Source of the DNA: an uncultured Boseongicola sp.
Lineage (GTDB): Bacteria; Actinomycetota; Acidimicrobiia; Spongiisociales; ZC4RG35
DNA: 64,000 nucleotides
Reading direction: 5' to 3'
NCBI GenBank assembly: GCA_964194555.1
Contig: CAXMMT010000094.1
Coordinates: forward strand, 1,890-65,889
Shown: positions 1-9,450 of the stretch, one piece after another
Numbering within the stretch: the first letter of the stretch is position 1
How the letters are laid out: each line of letters opens with the position of its first letter
Translations under genes and position numbers: made by a program
The notes under the pieces: model-generated
Seen by the model: only the letters and a program-made list of their open reading frames with translations
Told to the model about the DNA's origin: nothing
The model's database searches: none

Positions 1-1
1 C

Positions 2-844
2 ATCGATGGCTCCATCAAGATCACGGAGCAAGGAGAGGTCATCTCGGAGAAGTACGGCAACCCGGGCATCGCTGCCCGAAACCTCGAGCTGATGGTTGCC
101 TCAGTTCTAGAGAGCTCGCTGCTCCATAGAAAATCGCGTCGGCCTTCAGAAACACTCGACGGTTGGACCGAGGCGATGGACTGTATCTCGTCAGAGGCTT
201 ATACGTCCTACCGCCGCCTTGTGGAGAACAGCAGTCTCGTCCCCTATTTCCTCTCATCCACACCGGTCGAGGAGTTGGGAAAGATGAACATCGGCAGCCG
301 ACCATCGCGGCGACCGGGCGGCGTCGGCGGAGTCGACGACCTTCGTGCAATCCCCTGGGTGTTCGGCTGGACCCAGACCAGACAGATCGTCCCCGGATGG
401 TTTGGGGTCGGCTCCGGTCTCCAAGCGGCCCGCAGGGCCGGGTACGAAGATGTCTTGCGGGAGATGGCGTTGGAATGGGGATTCATGCAAACCTTCTTGT
501 CAAACGTGGAGATGACCCTCTTCAAGACGGACCTCGACATTGCCGGGCGATATGTCGACACCCTCGTTGCCCCCGAGCACCAGCACCTTCTCCAATCAAT
601 CCGGCACGAGCACGATCTGACGATCGCTCAGGTGCTGGAGATTCGAGACGTGGACCAGTTGCTCGACGACGCCGCTCTTCTCCGTCGCACACTCGATGTG
701 CGCGATGTCTATCTCGACCCGATCAATTATCTTCAGGTATCCCTTCTGGAGAGGTCCCGTCAAAGGGAGGAATCGCCCGATCTCGACCGAGCTCTGCTGC
801 TGACGGTCAACGGAATCGCCGCTGGGATGCGGAACACCGGTTAG
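2..844 (+). CDS. ppc: Phosphoenolpyruvate carboxylase, C-terminal part (5' end outside window)
   Basis: Frame open from base 2 ([15 protein letters not shown]); motifs [21 protein letters not shown] and C-terminal [10 protein letters not shown]. Confidence 0.97.
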   Translation: MDGSIKITEQGEVISEKYGNPGIAARNLELMVASVLESSLLHRKSRRPSETLDGWTEAMDCISSEAYTSYRRLVENSSLVPYFLSSTPVEELGKMNIGSRPSRRPGGVGGVDDLRAIPWVFGWTQTRQIVPGWFGVGSGLQAARRAGYEDVLREMALEWGFMQTFLSNVEMTLFKTDLDIAGRYVDTLVAPEHQHLLQSIRHEHDLTIAQVLEIRDVDQLLDDAALLRRTLDVRDVYLDPINYLQVSLLERSRQREESPDLDRALLLTVNGIAAGMRNTG

Positions 845-945
845 TCAGAGAGAAATTCTGCCGACACGTGATTGAACATCTTCGTAATGGATGCTCACCT
901 GATTCACAATGGCTTCGGGCATTGCGGCACCGTAGTCTCCGGCTC

Positions 946-1566
946 ATGGCCATCACCGTCCTCAACCATCCACTTGCCTCGGATCTACTCACGATTCTGA
1001 GAAACGAGCAAACCAACCCACCCGAATTCCGTCAGATCGCCGAGCGGCTTGGCTACCTGCTGGTTGCAGAGGCTCTGTCGGATATGCCCACGGATCCTGT
1101 CGAGATCTCAACGCCGCTGGAGCCGATGACTGGCCAACAGCTTCATAGGCCGGTGGTAGCGGTGGCAGTTCTTCGCGCCGGCCTCGGGCTCCTTCACTCG
1201 GTCCTTACCCTCGTCCCCGACGCGGCGATTGGCTTTGCCGGGGTTCAACGGAACGAGGAGACAGCCGAGCCGATGGAGTATTACACCAAGTTCCCCGACC
1301 TCGATTCGGCTCGTGTGTTGATTCTCGAGCCGATGCTCGCCACCGGCGGCTCACTGTCCTGGGCCGTCGACAATGTGAAGGAGAACGGAGCCAAAGACAT
1401 CACTGCCATTTGTGTTGTTGTTGCGCCGGAGGGGGTCGAGTTCATGGAAGAGCACCACCCAGATGTTCGAATCGTCGCAGCGTCTCTCGACCGCGAGCTC
1501 AACCCGAACTTCTACATCGCGCCTGGTCTGGGCGACATGGGAGATCGTCTCTTCGGCACCGTGTGA
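946..1566 (+). CDS. upp: Uracil phosphoribosyltransferase
   Basis: VLRAGLG, EPMLATGGS, YIAPGLGDMGDRLFGT; ATG at 946 lies 7 nt after a TAGTCT -10. Confidence 0.96.
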   Translation: MAITVLNHPLASDLLTILRNEQTNPPEFRQIAERLGYLLVAEALSDMPTDPVEISTPLEPMTGQQLHRPVVAVAVLRAGLGLLHSVLTLVPDAAIGFAGVQRNEETAEPMEYYTKFPDLDSARVLILEPMLATGGSLSWAVDNVKENGAKDITAICVVVAPEGVEFMEEHHPDVRIVAASLDRELNPNFYIAPGLGDMGDRLFGTV

Positions 1567-1841
1567 GCCGATTCGAGGATGCAGTCACCACGGTGATGAT
1601 CCGCCTGGAGCCGGGGGACATCGTCACCTATGGCGAAGTTGCGGCAGAAGCCGGGTTTCCTGGGGCGGGGCGGGCGGTGGGCACCCTCCTGCGGACAACA
1701 GGCGCTGATCTTCCCTGGTGGCGGGTGGTCGGATCCGGAGGGCACCTTCGCACGCCGAACCCGGACCGACAGGCCAGACTTCTGGCAGATGATGGTGTTC
1801 TCGTCATCGACAATCGCGTCAGGGGCCATGTGGTTGCATAA
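1563..1841 (+). CDS. Alkyltransferase-like (ATL/MGMT family) protein
   Basis: TYGEVA...GRAVG...LPWWRVV, with Trp replacing the catalytic Cys of PCHRV; GTG overlaps the upp stop. Confidence 0.9.
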   Translation: MSRFEDAVTTVMIRLEPGDIVTYGEVAAEAGFPGAGRAVGTLLRTTGADLPWWRVVGSGGHLRTPNPDRQARLLADDGVLVIDNRVRGHVVA

Positions 1842-1857
1842 ACGCTAAATTGAAGCG

Positions 1858-2859
1858 ATCAAGCACTTCCTCAACACATATGATTGGTCACGATCCGAGC
1901 TGCAAGCCCTGATCGACGAGGCCCGGGTTTTCAAGACGTCGCCTCACGGCAACGCCCTCGCGGGGAAGACGATCGCGCTCCTCTTTCTCAACAACTCCCT
2001 CCGAACCCGCACCTCGTTCGATGTCGGAGCCAATCAGTTGGGCGGCCACGCCGTGGTGTTGTCTCCGTCCGGTGGCATGTGGCCGCTCGAGTTCGATGAC
2101 GGGGTCGTGATGACCGGAGATGCCGAGGAACACGTCAAGGAGGCTGCAACGGTCCTCTCCCGATACTGTGACCTGATAGGAATCCGGGCCTTTCCCAAGT
2201 TCGAGGACTGGGAGGAGGACCGAAAAGACCGAATCCTCGAAGCTTTCGCCAATCACGCCGACGTTCCCGTCATCAACATGGAGACGATCACCCACCCCTG
2301 TCAGGAAATGGCGATGACCATGGCTCTCCAGGAGAAGATCGGTCAACTCGACGGAAAGAAGTTCACTCTCACCTGGTCCTATCACCCGAAACCCCTCAAC
2401 ACAGCCGTCGCCAACTCTGCTCTGCTCATCGCAGCCAAGTTCGGAATGGACGTCACGCTCCTCTGCCCGACCGAGGAGTTCATACTCGATGATCGTTATC
2501 TGGACATTGCGCGGTCAGACGCGAGCTCCTATGGCCGGAGCCTCACAGTCACCCATGACATCGACGCCGCCTATCGAGGCGCAGACGTCGTCTACGCCAA
2601 GAGTTGGGGCGCCCTCCCCTACTTCGGCAACTGGGAAGCTGAGAAGCCCATCAGGGATCAGTACCGACACTTCATCGTGGACGAAGAAAAGATGTCTCTC
2701 AGCAACGATGCCCTGGTGAGTCACTGTCTTCCGATGAGGCGAAACGTCATCATGACCGACGCCGTTTTCGACGCCAGCACTTGTTTTGCCTACGACGAGG
2801 CCGAAAACCGTCTCCATACCCAAAAAGCGATCATGAGCACATTGGTAGAGAACGGCTGA
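1858..2859 (+). CDS. argF': N-acetylornithine carbamoyltransferase (AOTCase, ArgF'); start codon non-canonical or uncertain
   Basis: KHFLNTYDWSR, SLRTRTSF, DAEEH, INMETITHPCQE, YHPKPLNTAVANS, HCLPMRRN, DEAENRLH match Xanthomonas-type AOTCase; the frame extends to a TAA at 1846 with only ATT/ATC before the conserved N-terminus. Confidence 0.93.
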   Translation: MKHFLNTYDWSRSELQALIDEARVFKTSPHGNALAGKTIALLFLNNSLRTRTSFDVGANQLGGHAVVLSPSGGMWPLEFDDGVVMTGDAEEHVKEAATVLSRYCDLIGIRAFPKFEDWEEDRKDRILEAFANHADVPVINMETITHPCQEMAMTMALQEKIGQLDGKKFTLTWSYHPKPLNTAVANSALLIAAKFGMDVTLLCPTEEFILDDRYLDIARSDASSYGRSLTVTHDIDAAYRGADVVYAKSWGALPYFGNWEAEKPIRDQYRHFIVDEEKMSLSNDALVSHCLPMRRNVIMTDAVFDASTCFAYDEAENRLHTQKAIMSTLVENG

Positions 2860-4193
2860 TGATGACTCCTCACCAAGACGTCCGTCAAACAATCGTGCAG
2901 CTCCTGTCGAACATGAGCGACGGGAAGGAGATTCGCACCTATCTCAGCCGATTCTCCCAGCTCGATCAGGCTCGGTTCGCCGTTATCAAGATTGGAGGGG
3001 CCATCCTCCAGAGCAGACTCGAAGAGACAGCGGCCGCTCTTGCCCTCCTCCACACGGTCGGACTCACTCCGATAGTCATCCACGGCGGCGGTCCTCAGCT
3101 CGACGAGCGGTTGGCAAACGATGGCATCGTCTCAGACAAGGTCGATGGCTTGAGAGTCACGACCAGTGAGGTGCTCGATGCTGCCCGCGACATCTTCACG
3201 GCGCAGAACATCGCTCTCGTCGAGGCGGTGAGGGGCCGGGGTGTGTCAGCCCATGGGCTCACTCAGGGCGCGTTCGACGCAGACATCGTCGATCAGAACA
3301 AGTACGGCTTCGTCGGCGAGCCGGCAAAACTCCACTTAGACCTGTTGCGATCGATCGTGAGATCCGGGGCGATACCGATTCTCACCTGTCTCGGCGTGGC
3401 CCCTGGGGGGCAGTTGGTGAACATGAACGCCGACTCGGCCACGCGTTTTCTGGTCCGCGAGATCCAACCGATGAAGATCATCTTCCTTGTCGACTCCGGT
3501 GGTCTCCGTGACGGGGAGGGCCGCATCATCGAGTCGATCAACCTCGCTTCTGACTTCGACGACCTGATGAGTCAGGATTGGGTCCACTCCGGAATGAGGC
3601 TCAAACTCGCCGAGATCCGCCGTCTTCTCGACGACACTCCCCCTTCGACCTCGGTGTCGATCACCAGCCCTACCACCCTGGTCAGAGAGCTGTTCACCCA
3701 CGGAGGTGCAGGCACGCTCGTCCGCAAGGGCGAGAAGATCGTCAAATACGAGGACAAGGCCGCTCTCGACCGGGAGCGCGTCGAGCATCTCATCCAGGGT
3801 GCGTTTGGTCGAAAGTTGGAGTCCCGCTGGTGGAACGACCTGGAGATGTCTGCAGCTTATGTCTCCGCAAGTTATCGGGCCGGCGCGGTGGTGACCCGAA
3901 TCGACGACTTCACCTATCTCGACAAGTTCGCGATTCATGAAAGCGCCCAGGGAGAAGGACTCGCCAGAACCGTCTGGACCCATGTGACAAGGGACTTCCC
4001 GGTTCTCTTCTGGAGATCGAGAAGCGACAATCGTTTCAACGCCTTCTATGCCAAGGAGGCCGAGGGCTCGGTGAAGCAAGGCCATTGGACCATCTACTGG
4101 ACTGGTGAGAGCGACTTCGACAGGATCAGCCGGGCGGTGAAGAGGCTGAACGAGCTGCCTGCAGCCTTCCGTAGGGACTCCTCCGGTGTCTGA
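2859..4193 (+). CDS. argB: Acetylglutamate kinase with C-terminal NAT (DUF619) domain; bifunctional NAGS/K type
   Basis: FAVIKIGGA, HGGGPQ, NMNAD kinase domain, then YLDKFAI...QGEGL...LFWRSR..N NAT domain; ATG overlaps the argF' stop. Confidence 0.93.
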   Translation: MMTPHQDVRQTIVQLLSNMSDGKEIRTYLSRFSQLDQARFAVIKIGGAILQSRLEETAAALALLHTVGLTPIVIHGGGPQLDERLANDGIVSDKVDGLRVTTSEVLDAARDIFTAQNIALVEAVRGRGVSAHGLTQGAFDADIVDQNKYGFVGEPAKLHLDLLRSIVRSGAIPILTCLGVAPGGQLVNMNADSATRFLVREIQPMKIIFLVDSGGLRDGEGRIIESINLASDFDDLMSQDWVHSGMRLKLAEIRRLLDDTPPSTSVSITSPTTLVRELFTHGGAGTLVRKGEKIVKYEDKAALDRERVEHLIQGAFGRKLESRWWNDLEMSAAYVSASYRAGAVVTRIDDFTYLDKFAIHESAQGEGLARTVWTHVTRDFPVLFWRSRSDNRFNAFYAKEAEGSVKQGHWTIYWTGESDFDRISRAVKRLNELPAAFRRDSSGV

Positions 4194-5271
4194 AGCCAGT
4201 GCCCTGGCCGGTAACGTTGGCGATGTTCAGGGCGAGACAGAGGCGCCTCTGACAAGGACGCAGGACGAAGGCGCACTGGCCCGTTCGTCGAGGACGAGGA
4301 CACAGTCAGGGACGTCACTGGACGTCCTGATCGCGGCGAATGTTGGTGGTCGGGGCACTAGATCCGTCGGCGTCGTCGGCGCCCGCGGACACACCGGCAG
4401 CGAACTGCTCAGGCTCCTCGGCGGCCACCCTGGATTGTCTGTGAAGTACGCGGGGTCGAGAGAGAAAGCGGGTCGCCCCGTTCCCGAGATCGACCAGCTC
4501 ACATTTGAGGACATGGACGCCGCCGGGATAGCCAAATTGGGGTTGGATGCGGTGTTTCTCGCTCTTCCCGACGGTGTTGGCAGACCATTCGCCTCCGCCC
4601 TTCCCGCCGAGACTGTGATCATCGACATCTCCTCAGACCACCGTTTCGACGACACCTGGATCTACGGTCTCCCCGAGCTCAATAGGGCGAAGATCGCCGG
4701 AGCGCGACGAGTCGCCAATCCGGGTTGTTACGCGACCGTCATGCAGCTCGTGCTGGCGCCTTTTGTAGATGATCTCGATGGAGTGCCGGCCGTGTTCGGG
4801 GTCTCTGGATACTCCGGGGCCGGCACTGCGACATCGGCGAAGAACGATCCGGCTCGTCTCGCCGACAACCTGTTGCCTTACCAGCTCGTGGGCCACAATC
4901 ATGAGCGAGAGGCCACCCGACACCTGGGTCACCCGGTTCGATTCATGCCCCACGTTCATCAGGCGTTTCGGGGTCTTCTCATAACCTCCCACATCCCGTT
5001 ATCGACCCCGATCACTGGCGCAGATGCGTTCGGCCGTTTGGTTGATGCCTATGCAGACGAGCCTCTGATCGACATTCACGAGAGGATTCCCGAGTTGCGC
5101 GATGGCGCCGGTCGATTGGGCGTCGTGTTTGGCGGCGTGGAAGTGAGCGAGGATGGCCGAAACGTGGTGGTGGTGGGTGCCGAGGACAACCTTCTCAAGG
5201 GAGCAGCAGTTCAGGCCGTCCAGAATCTCAATCTCGCCTTTGGGCTGCCGGAGTTCGCCGCGATCCTCTGA
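4186..5271 (+). CDS. argC: N-acetyl-gamma-glutamyl-phosphate reductase carrying a 54-aa repeat-derived N-terminal insert
   Basis: VGVVGARGHTG, YGLPELNR, ANPGCYAT, GVSGYSGAG, DNLLKGAAVQAVQNLN. Confidence 0.95.
   Translation: MSEASALAGNVGDVQGETEAPLTRTQDEGALARSSRTRTQSGTSLDVLIAANVGGRGTRSVGVVGARGHTGSELLRLLGGHPGLSVKYAGSREKAGRPVPEIDQLTFEDMDAAGIAKLGLDAVFLALPDGVGRPFASALPAETVIIDISSDHRFDDTWIYGLPELNRAKIAGARRVANPGCYATVMQLVLAPFVDDLDGVPAVFGVSGYSGAGTATSAKNDPARLADNLLPYQLVGHNHEREATRHLGHPVRFMPHVHQAFRGLLITSHIPLSTPITGADAFGRLVDAYADEPLIDIHERIPELRDGAGRLGVVFGGVEVSEDGRNVVVVGAEDNLLKGAAVQAVQNLNLAFGLPEFAAIL
4196..4361. mobile_element. Palindromic MITE/REP-like element, copy 1 (in frame within argC)
   Basis: Bounded by CCAG...CTAG; ~55-bp imperfect inverted arms; closely similar to 46383-46549. 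Confidence 0.85.
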
Positions 5272-5290
5272 AGCTGAATAGCTTGTCCCC

Positions 5291-6601
5291 ATGGCGTTCA
5301 CCGCAATCGAGCTGATCGAGACCAAACGTGATGGCAGCGTTCTCTCACCCGACGCCATCGAATGGCTCGTTGGTGCATACACCGATGGCGACGTTCCCGA
5401 CTATCAGATGTCGGCGATGGCAATGGCGATCCTGCTGAACGGGATGAACAGCGATGAGCTCACCGCGTGGACCGAGGCGATGCTCCACTCAGGCGAGGTG
5501 ATGGACTTCTCTGAAATCGCTGCTGCCAAGGTCGATAAACACTCGACCGGGGGTGTAGGTGACAAGATCTCGATACCGCTGGTACCGCTGGTGGCGGCAT
5601 GCGGTGTCTATGTGCCAATGATATCGGGACGCGGGCTGGGCCATACCGGAGGGACGCTCGACAAGCTGGAGTCGATTCCCGGTTTCACCACCAGCCTGAC
5701 CCCCGACGAGTTCAGAAAGGTTCTCACCGAACACGGTCTCGTACTCGCCGGACAGTCCGAATCCATGGTTCCCGCAGACCGCAAGCTCTACGCATTGCGG
5801 GACGTCACCGGCACCGTCCCTTCAATCCCGCTGATTGCCAGCTCGATCATGTCAAAGAAGCTGGCAGAGGGTCTCGACGGCCTCCTCCTCGACGTGAAAA
5901 CAGGCTCAGGTGCGTTCATGAAGGATCTCGTTCACGCTCGAGCACTGGCGCACACCATGGTTGGGATCGGTGCCTCCCACGGAGTCGACACCGTCGCCTT
6001 CATAACTTCGATGAGCCAGCCCCTCGGAAACGAGGTCGGAAACGCCAACGAGATAAGGGAGTCGATCGACGTACTCAGAGGAGAGGGCCCCGCCGATGTG
6101 AGCGAACTCACGACGGTATTCGGCGAGACGATGCTCGAGTTGGCCGGTATCGATGGAGGTAGCGAGCGCCTCGACGATGCAATCAAGTCCGGGGCGGCTC
6201 TTCAGAAGCTCATCGACGTGACCGAGGCCCATGGAGGCGACCCCTCGGTCATCGAAGACCCATCTTTGCTTGTCAGGGCGCCACACGAGGCTGTCATAGT
6301 TGCTCCCGCTGACGGCTACGTGACACGTTGCGATGCATTCATCATCGGCGTCAGCGCGACATGGCTTGGAGCCGGGCGTGAGCTCAAGAAGGACATCGTC
6401 GACCCCGGAGTGGGGATCACGCTCAAAGCCAAGATCGGGGATGAGGTGGTCAGGGGAGATCCGCTCGCGATCGTACGTTATGGCGACCAAGCAAAGTGGG
6501 AAACTCAGAGCGACGCCCTTTCTTCGGCTTGGACGATCTCCGAACGGCCGATTTCGCTACCAGAACTGATCATCGAAAGAGTTGACGTCACCACGATTTG
6601 A
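5291..6601 (+). CDS. pdp: Thymidine/pyrimidine-nucleoside phosphorylase
   Basis: DKHSTGGVGDK, SGRGLGHTGGTLDKLESIPG, SSIMSKK. Confidence 0.95.
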   Translation: MAFTAIELIETKRDGSVLSPDAIEWLVGAYTDGDVPDYQMSAMAMAILLNGMNSDELTAWTEAMLHSGEVMDFSEIAAAKVDKHSTGGVGDKISIPLVPLVAACGVYVPMISGRGLGHTGGTLDKLESIPGFTTSLTPDEFRKVLTEHGLVLAGQSESMVPADRKLYALRDVTGTVPSIPLIASSIMSKKLAEGLDGLLLDVKTGSGAFMKDLVHARALAHTMVGIGASHGVDTVAFITSMSQPLGNEVGNANEIRESIDVLRGEGPADVSELTTVFGETMLELAGIDGGSERLDDAIKSGAALQKLIDVTEAHGGDPSVIEDPSLLVRAPHEAVIVAPADGYVTRCDAFIIGVSATWLGAGRELKKDIVDPGVGITLKAKIGDEVVRGDPLAIVRYGDQAKWETQSDALSSAWTISERPISLPELIIERVDVTTI

Positions 6602-6667
6602 CCCTGGATCAGATAGTCCGGGCGCCAGTTACCATCGCCGCCGAATTCGAACAAGGAGCAATGCAGT

Positions 6668-7426
6668 ATGAAGGTCGTCGTCTGTATCAAGCAGATCCCT
6701 GATCCGGCCACCCCCTACACCCTCGAAGAGGGATCACACTGGTTGATACGCCCTGACGACCAGATCCTCGACGACACCGACCGCTATGGGGTAGAAATGG
6801 GTCTTCAGCTGGTCCAGGCCAACGAGGGAACGCTCACATTGGTGAGCATGGGACCTGCCGGCAACGCCCAGGGAATTCGCCAGGCGCTGGCCATGGGTGC
6901 CGACAAGGCAATCATCATCGAAGATGACACTCTCCGTGGCGCCGATACTCTGACGACTTCGAGAGTTCTCGCTGCCGCCATCGAGAGGGAGGGCTTTGAT
7001 CTGGTCGTCACCGGCACCGAGTCAACCGATGGATACTCGGGAGTCATTCCTCAAATGCTCGCCGAGCACCTCGGCACTCCCGCGCTCACCTATGCAAAAA
7101 ACGTCGGTATCGGCGACGGGACGGTAACCATCGATCGTCAGACCGACGACGGCTACGACGTGGTGGCGGCAGATCTGCCCGCTGTCATATCGGTGACGGC
7201 TGGCGTGGTCGAGCCTCGTTATCCCACCTTCAAAGGGATCATGGACGCCAAGAAGAAGCCCGTCGAGCATCTGACGCTTGACGATCTCGGTGTCGAGGCT
7301 TCATCTGATCAAAAGGTCGCGTCGATCTCGGATGCGACTGAAAGAGAGGCGGGTCAGAAGATTGAAGACGCCGGTGAGGCCTATCAGGCCATTGTCGCGC
7401 TCCTCGAAGAGAGAAAGGTGATCTGA
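6668..7426 (+). CDS. etfB: Electron transfer flavoprotein beta subunit
   Basis: MKVVVCIKQIPD, ALAMGAD, GTESTDG, EPRYPT. Confidence 0.95.
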   Translation: MKVVVCIKQIPDPATPYTLEEGSHWLIRPDDQILDDTDRYGVEMGLQLVQANEGTLTLVSMGPAGNAQGIRQALAMGADKAIIIEDDTLRGADTLTTSRVLAAAIEREGFDLVVTGTESTDGYSGVIPQMLAEHLGTPALTYAKNVGIGDGTVTIDRQTDDGYDVVAADLPAVISVTAGVVEPRYPTFKGIMDAKKKPVEHLTLDDLGVEASSDQKVASISDATEREAGQKIEDAGEAYQAIVALLEERKVI

Positions 7427-7427
7427 G

Positions 7428-8375
7428 ATGGCCTCGGTGTGGGTGTTCGTAGAAGAAGTCAATGCAACCCCGTCGGTCCTGGGACTCGAGCTTCTGACCA
7501 AGGCCAGAACGCTTGGCGATGTGACCGCTGTGTACCTCGGGACCGGGAGCGACGAAGCATTCGCCGTCCTGGGTAAGCACGGAGCCGGCTCGGTGCTACA
7601 CGCAGACAGCGGCGACAGGCTCCCGTCGGGACCACTCGCCGCTGCCCTGGCCGACCGGATGGCCGCCGAGTCTCCGGAACTGGTCTTGTTTGCCCAGGCC
7701 TACACCGACCGGGACCTGGCGGGACGTCTTGCCGCGCGGCTGGGCGTCGGAGTCCTGGCCAATGCATCGGACGTCCGTCTGACAGACGAAGGTGTGGAGA
7801 CGGATCACGAGATTTTTGGCGGCAGCCAGATCGCGACCGCCTCGGCAACGAAAGGGCCGTTTCTGGTGCTGATTCGTCCCAAGTCGTTCTCCGCCGAAGC
7901 CATGGGGGGAGGGGCCCCGTCGGTCGCCAATCTCGAACTTCCCGATGTCGGCGGCTCCGAGGCGAAGATCGTCGAAACACATGCCGAAGAGCGCGAAGGG
8001 CCCCAACTTGGTGATGCCGGCGTCGTCGTAGCCGGGGGACGAGGTCTTGGTTCGACCGATGGGTACGAGTTGGTCGAAAAACTCGCCAAGCAGTTGGGCG
8101 CCGCCACCGGCGCCACACGAGCCATTGTCGACGCGGGATGGGTCCCGTATGCGAAACAGGTTGGACAGACGGGAAAAACGGTGAAGCCCGACGTCTACAT
8201 CGCCGTCGGTATCTCGGGGGCGATGCAGCATCTTGTCGGCATGAAGGACGCCGGCACCATCATCGCCATCAACAAGGATCCCGATGCTCCCATTTTCTCG
8301 GTGGCCGACCTCGGGATTGTTGGTGACGTCCACAAAGTGCTTCCCCAACTGATCGAGGCGCTCGAAAGCCGCTGA
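7428..8375 (+). CDS. etfA: Electron transfer flavoprotein alpha subunit
   Basis: [39 protein letters not shown]. Confidence 0.96.
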   Translation: MASVWVFVEEVNATPSVLGLELLTKARTLGDVTAVYLGTGSDEAFAVLGKHGAGSVLHADSGDRLPSGPLAAALADRMAAESPELVLFAQAYTDRDLAGRLAARLGVGVLANASDVRLTDEGVETDHEIFGGSQIATASATKGPFLVLIRPKSFSAEAMGGGAPSVANLELPDVGGSEAKIVETHAEEREGPQLGDAGVVVAGGRGLGSTDGYELVEKLAKQLGAATGATRAIVDAGWVPYAKQVGQTGKTVKPDVYIAVGISGAMQHLVGMKDAGTIIAINKDPDAPIFSVADLGIVGDVHKVLPQLIEALESR

Positions 8376-8407
8376 CCGATAGCCAGGAAAACGCGTAAGC
8401 TTCCCTT

Positions 8408-9058
8408 ATGCGCACCCGGATGACTTTCGCCGTGCTGACCCTGGTAATCGCTGCCTGCGGGACCGCAGCGGAGACAGCCACCACCGACCCAGAACCCACC
8501 ACCACGGCCGCCATTGAAACAACGACCAGCACTGCCGGGACAACCACGAGTGAGCAAGCCGAGGAAACGACTACCACCACACCCCCGGTTTCCGGTGCTC
8601 GGTTCGTGCTCACCAGCATCTCATTCGGAGATGGAGGAATGGTCGTCATCACCAACATCGGCGATTCCCCTGGAAACCTCGGCGGACATTTTCTCTGTCA
8701 ACGGCCTTCTTATTTCGGTATCCCTGATGTCGAGGTGCCGGCCGGCGGGCTCGTGGCCATCAGCACCGGAGGGAGCGTGTTCCTACCCCCGCCGGGCGCG
8801 ATCACCATCGACGAGATTGCCGCCATCGGCACGCTCGATCCCGGTGACGGGGAGGTCGGTCTGTACACCTCGGCGCTTTTTGGCTCGGCGACCGACATCA
8901 TCAGCTACGTCGAATGGGGTAGTTCGGGACACGGGCGCAGTTCGGTGGCCGTCGAAGCCGGCATTTGGAGCGGCTTTGTCCAGACGGGCACCGACAGCGT
9001 GGCGATCCTGGCAAATACCACGCCTCCCACCGAGGCCGCCCATTGGGACGTTGGTTGA
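8408..9058 (+). CDS. Putative lipoprotein with Thr-rich linker
   Basis: Signal peptide with IAAC lipobox, Thr-rich stretch, globular C-terminal domain; TAAGCT-N6-ATG. Confidence 0.75.
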   Translation: MRTRMTFAVLTLVIAACGTAAETATTDPEPTTTAAIETTTSTAGTTTSEQAEETTTTTPPVSGARFVLTSISFGDGGMVVITNIGDSPGNLGGHFLCQRPSYFGIPDVEVPAGGLVAISTGGSVFLPPPGAITIDEIAAIGTLDPGDGEVGLYTSALFGSATDIISYVEWGSSGHGRSSVAVEAGIWSGFVQTGTDSVAILANTTPPTEAAHWDVG

Positions 9059-9060
9059 GG

Positions 9061-9450
9061 TCAGAGGTTGAATCGGTGAGGCAACAGCTCTTCGAGGGTG
9101 TGCTCCCGGACAACTGAGCCATCTCCGGCGGTCACGATCACCTTCTCGACGCCGAATTCCGCCATTTCCTGACGGCAGCGACCGCACGGGTAGGCCCCTT
9201 CGACGTCGTCCGCGTCGATACACGCAACCGCTATACAGACGATCTTTCGGACACCCTGGGAGACGGCTGTGTTGATCGCTGTGGATTCTGCGCACGACGA
9301 GACCGGGTAAGAAGCGTTCTCGATGTTGGCGCCCGCGAAGATCTCCCCGTCCGCGCTCACCACAACAGCCCCAACCCGAAAGTGCGAATACGGGGAGTAT
9401 GAGCCCTCAGCAGCAACTCGTGCCGCCACAGCAAGTTCATCATTGTTCAT
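9061..9450 (-). CDS. cdd: Cytidine deaminase
   Basis: YSPYSHFRVGA, NIENASY, CAE, PCGRCRQ. Confidence 0.95.
   Translation of the reverse strand: MNNDELAVAARVAAEGSYSPYSHFRVGAVVVSADGEIFAGANIENASYPVSSCAESTAINTAVSQGVRKIVCIAVACIDADDVEGAYPCGRCRQEMAEFGVEKVIVTAGDGSVVREHTLEELLPHRFNL

Noticed and set aside
163-945. Long N-terminal extensions in the ORF track for upp (also mutM, ddl, rpmB, moeB, recG)
   Set aside because: They overlap neighbouring genes; downstream starts match family N-termini and promoter or SD signals
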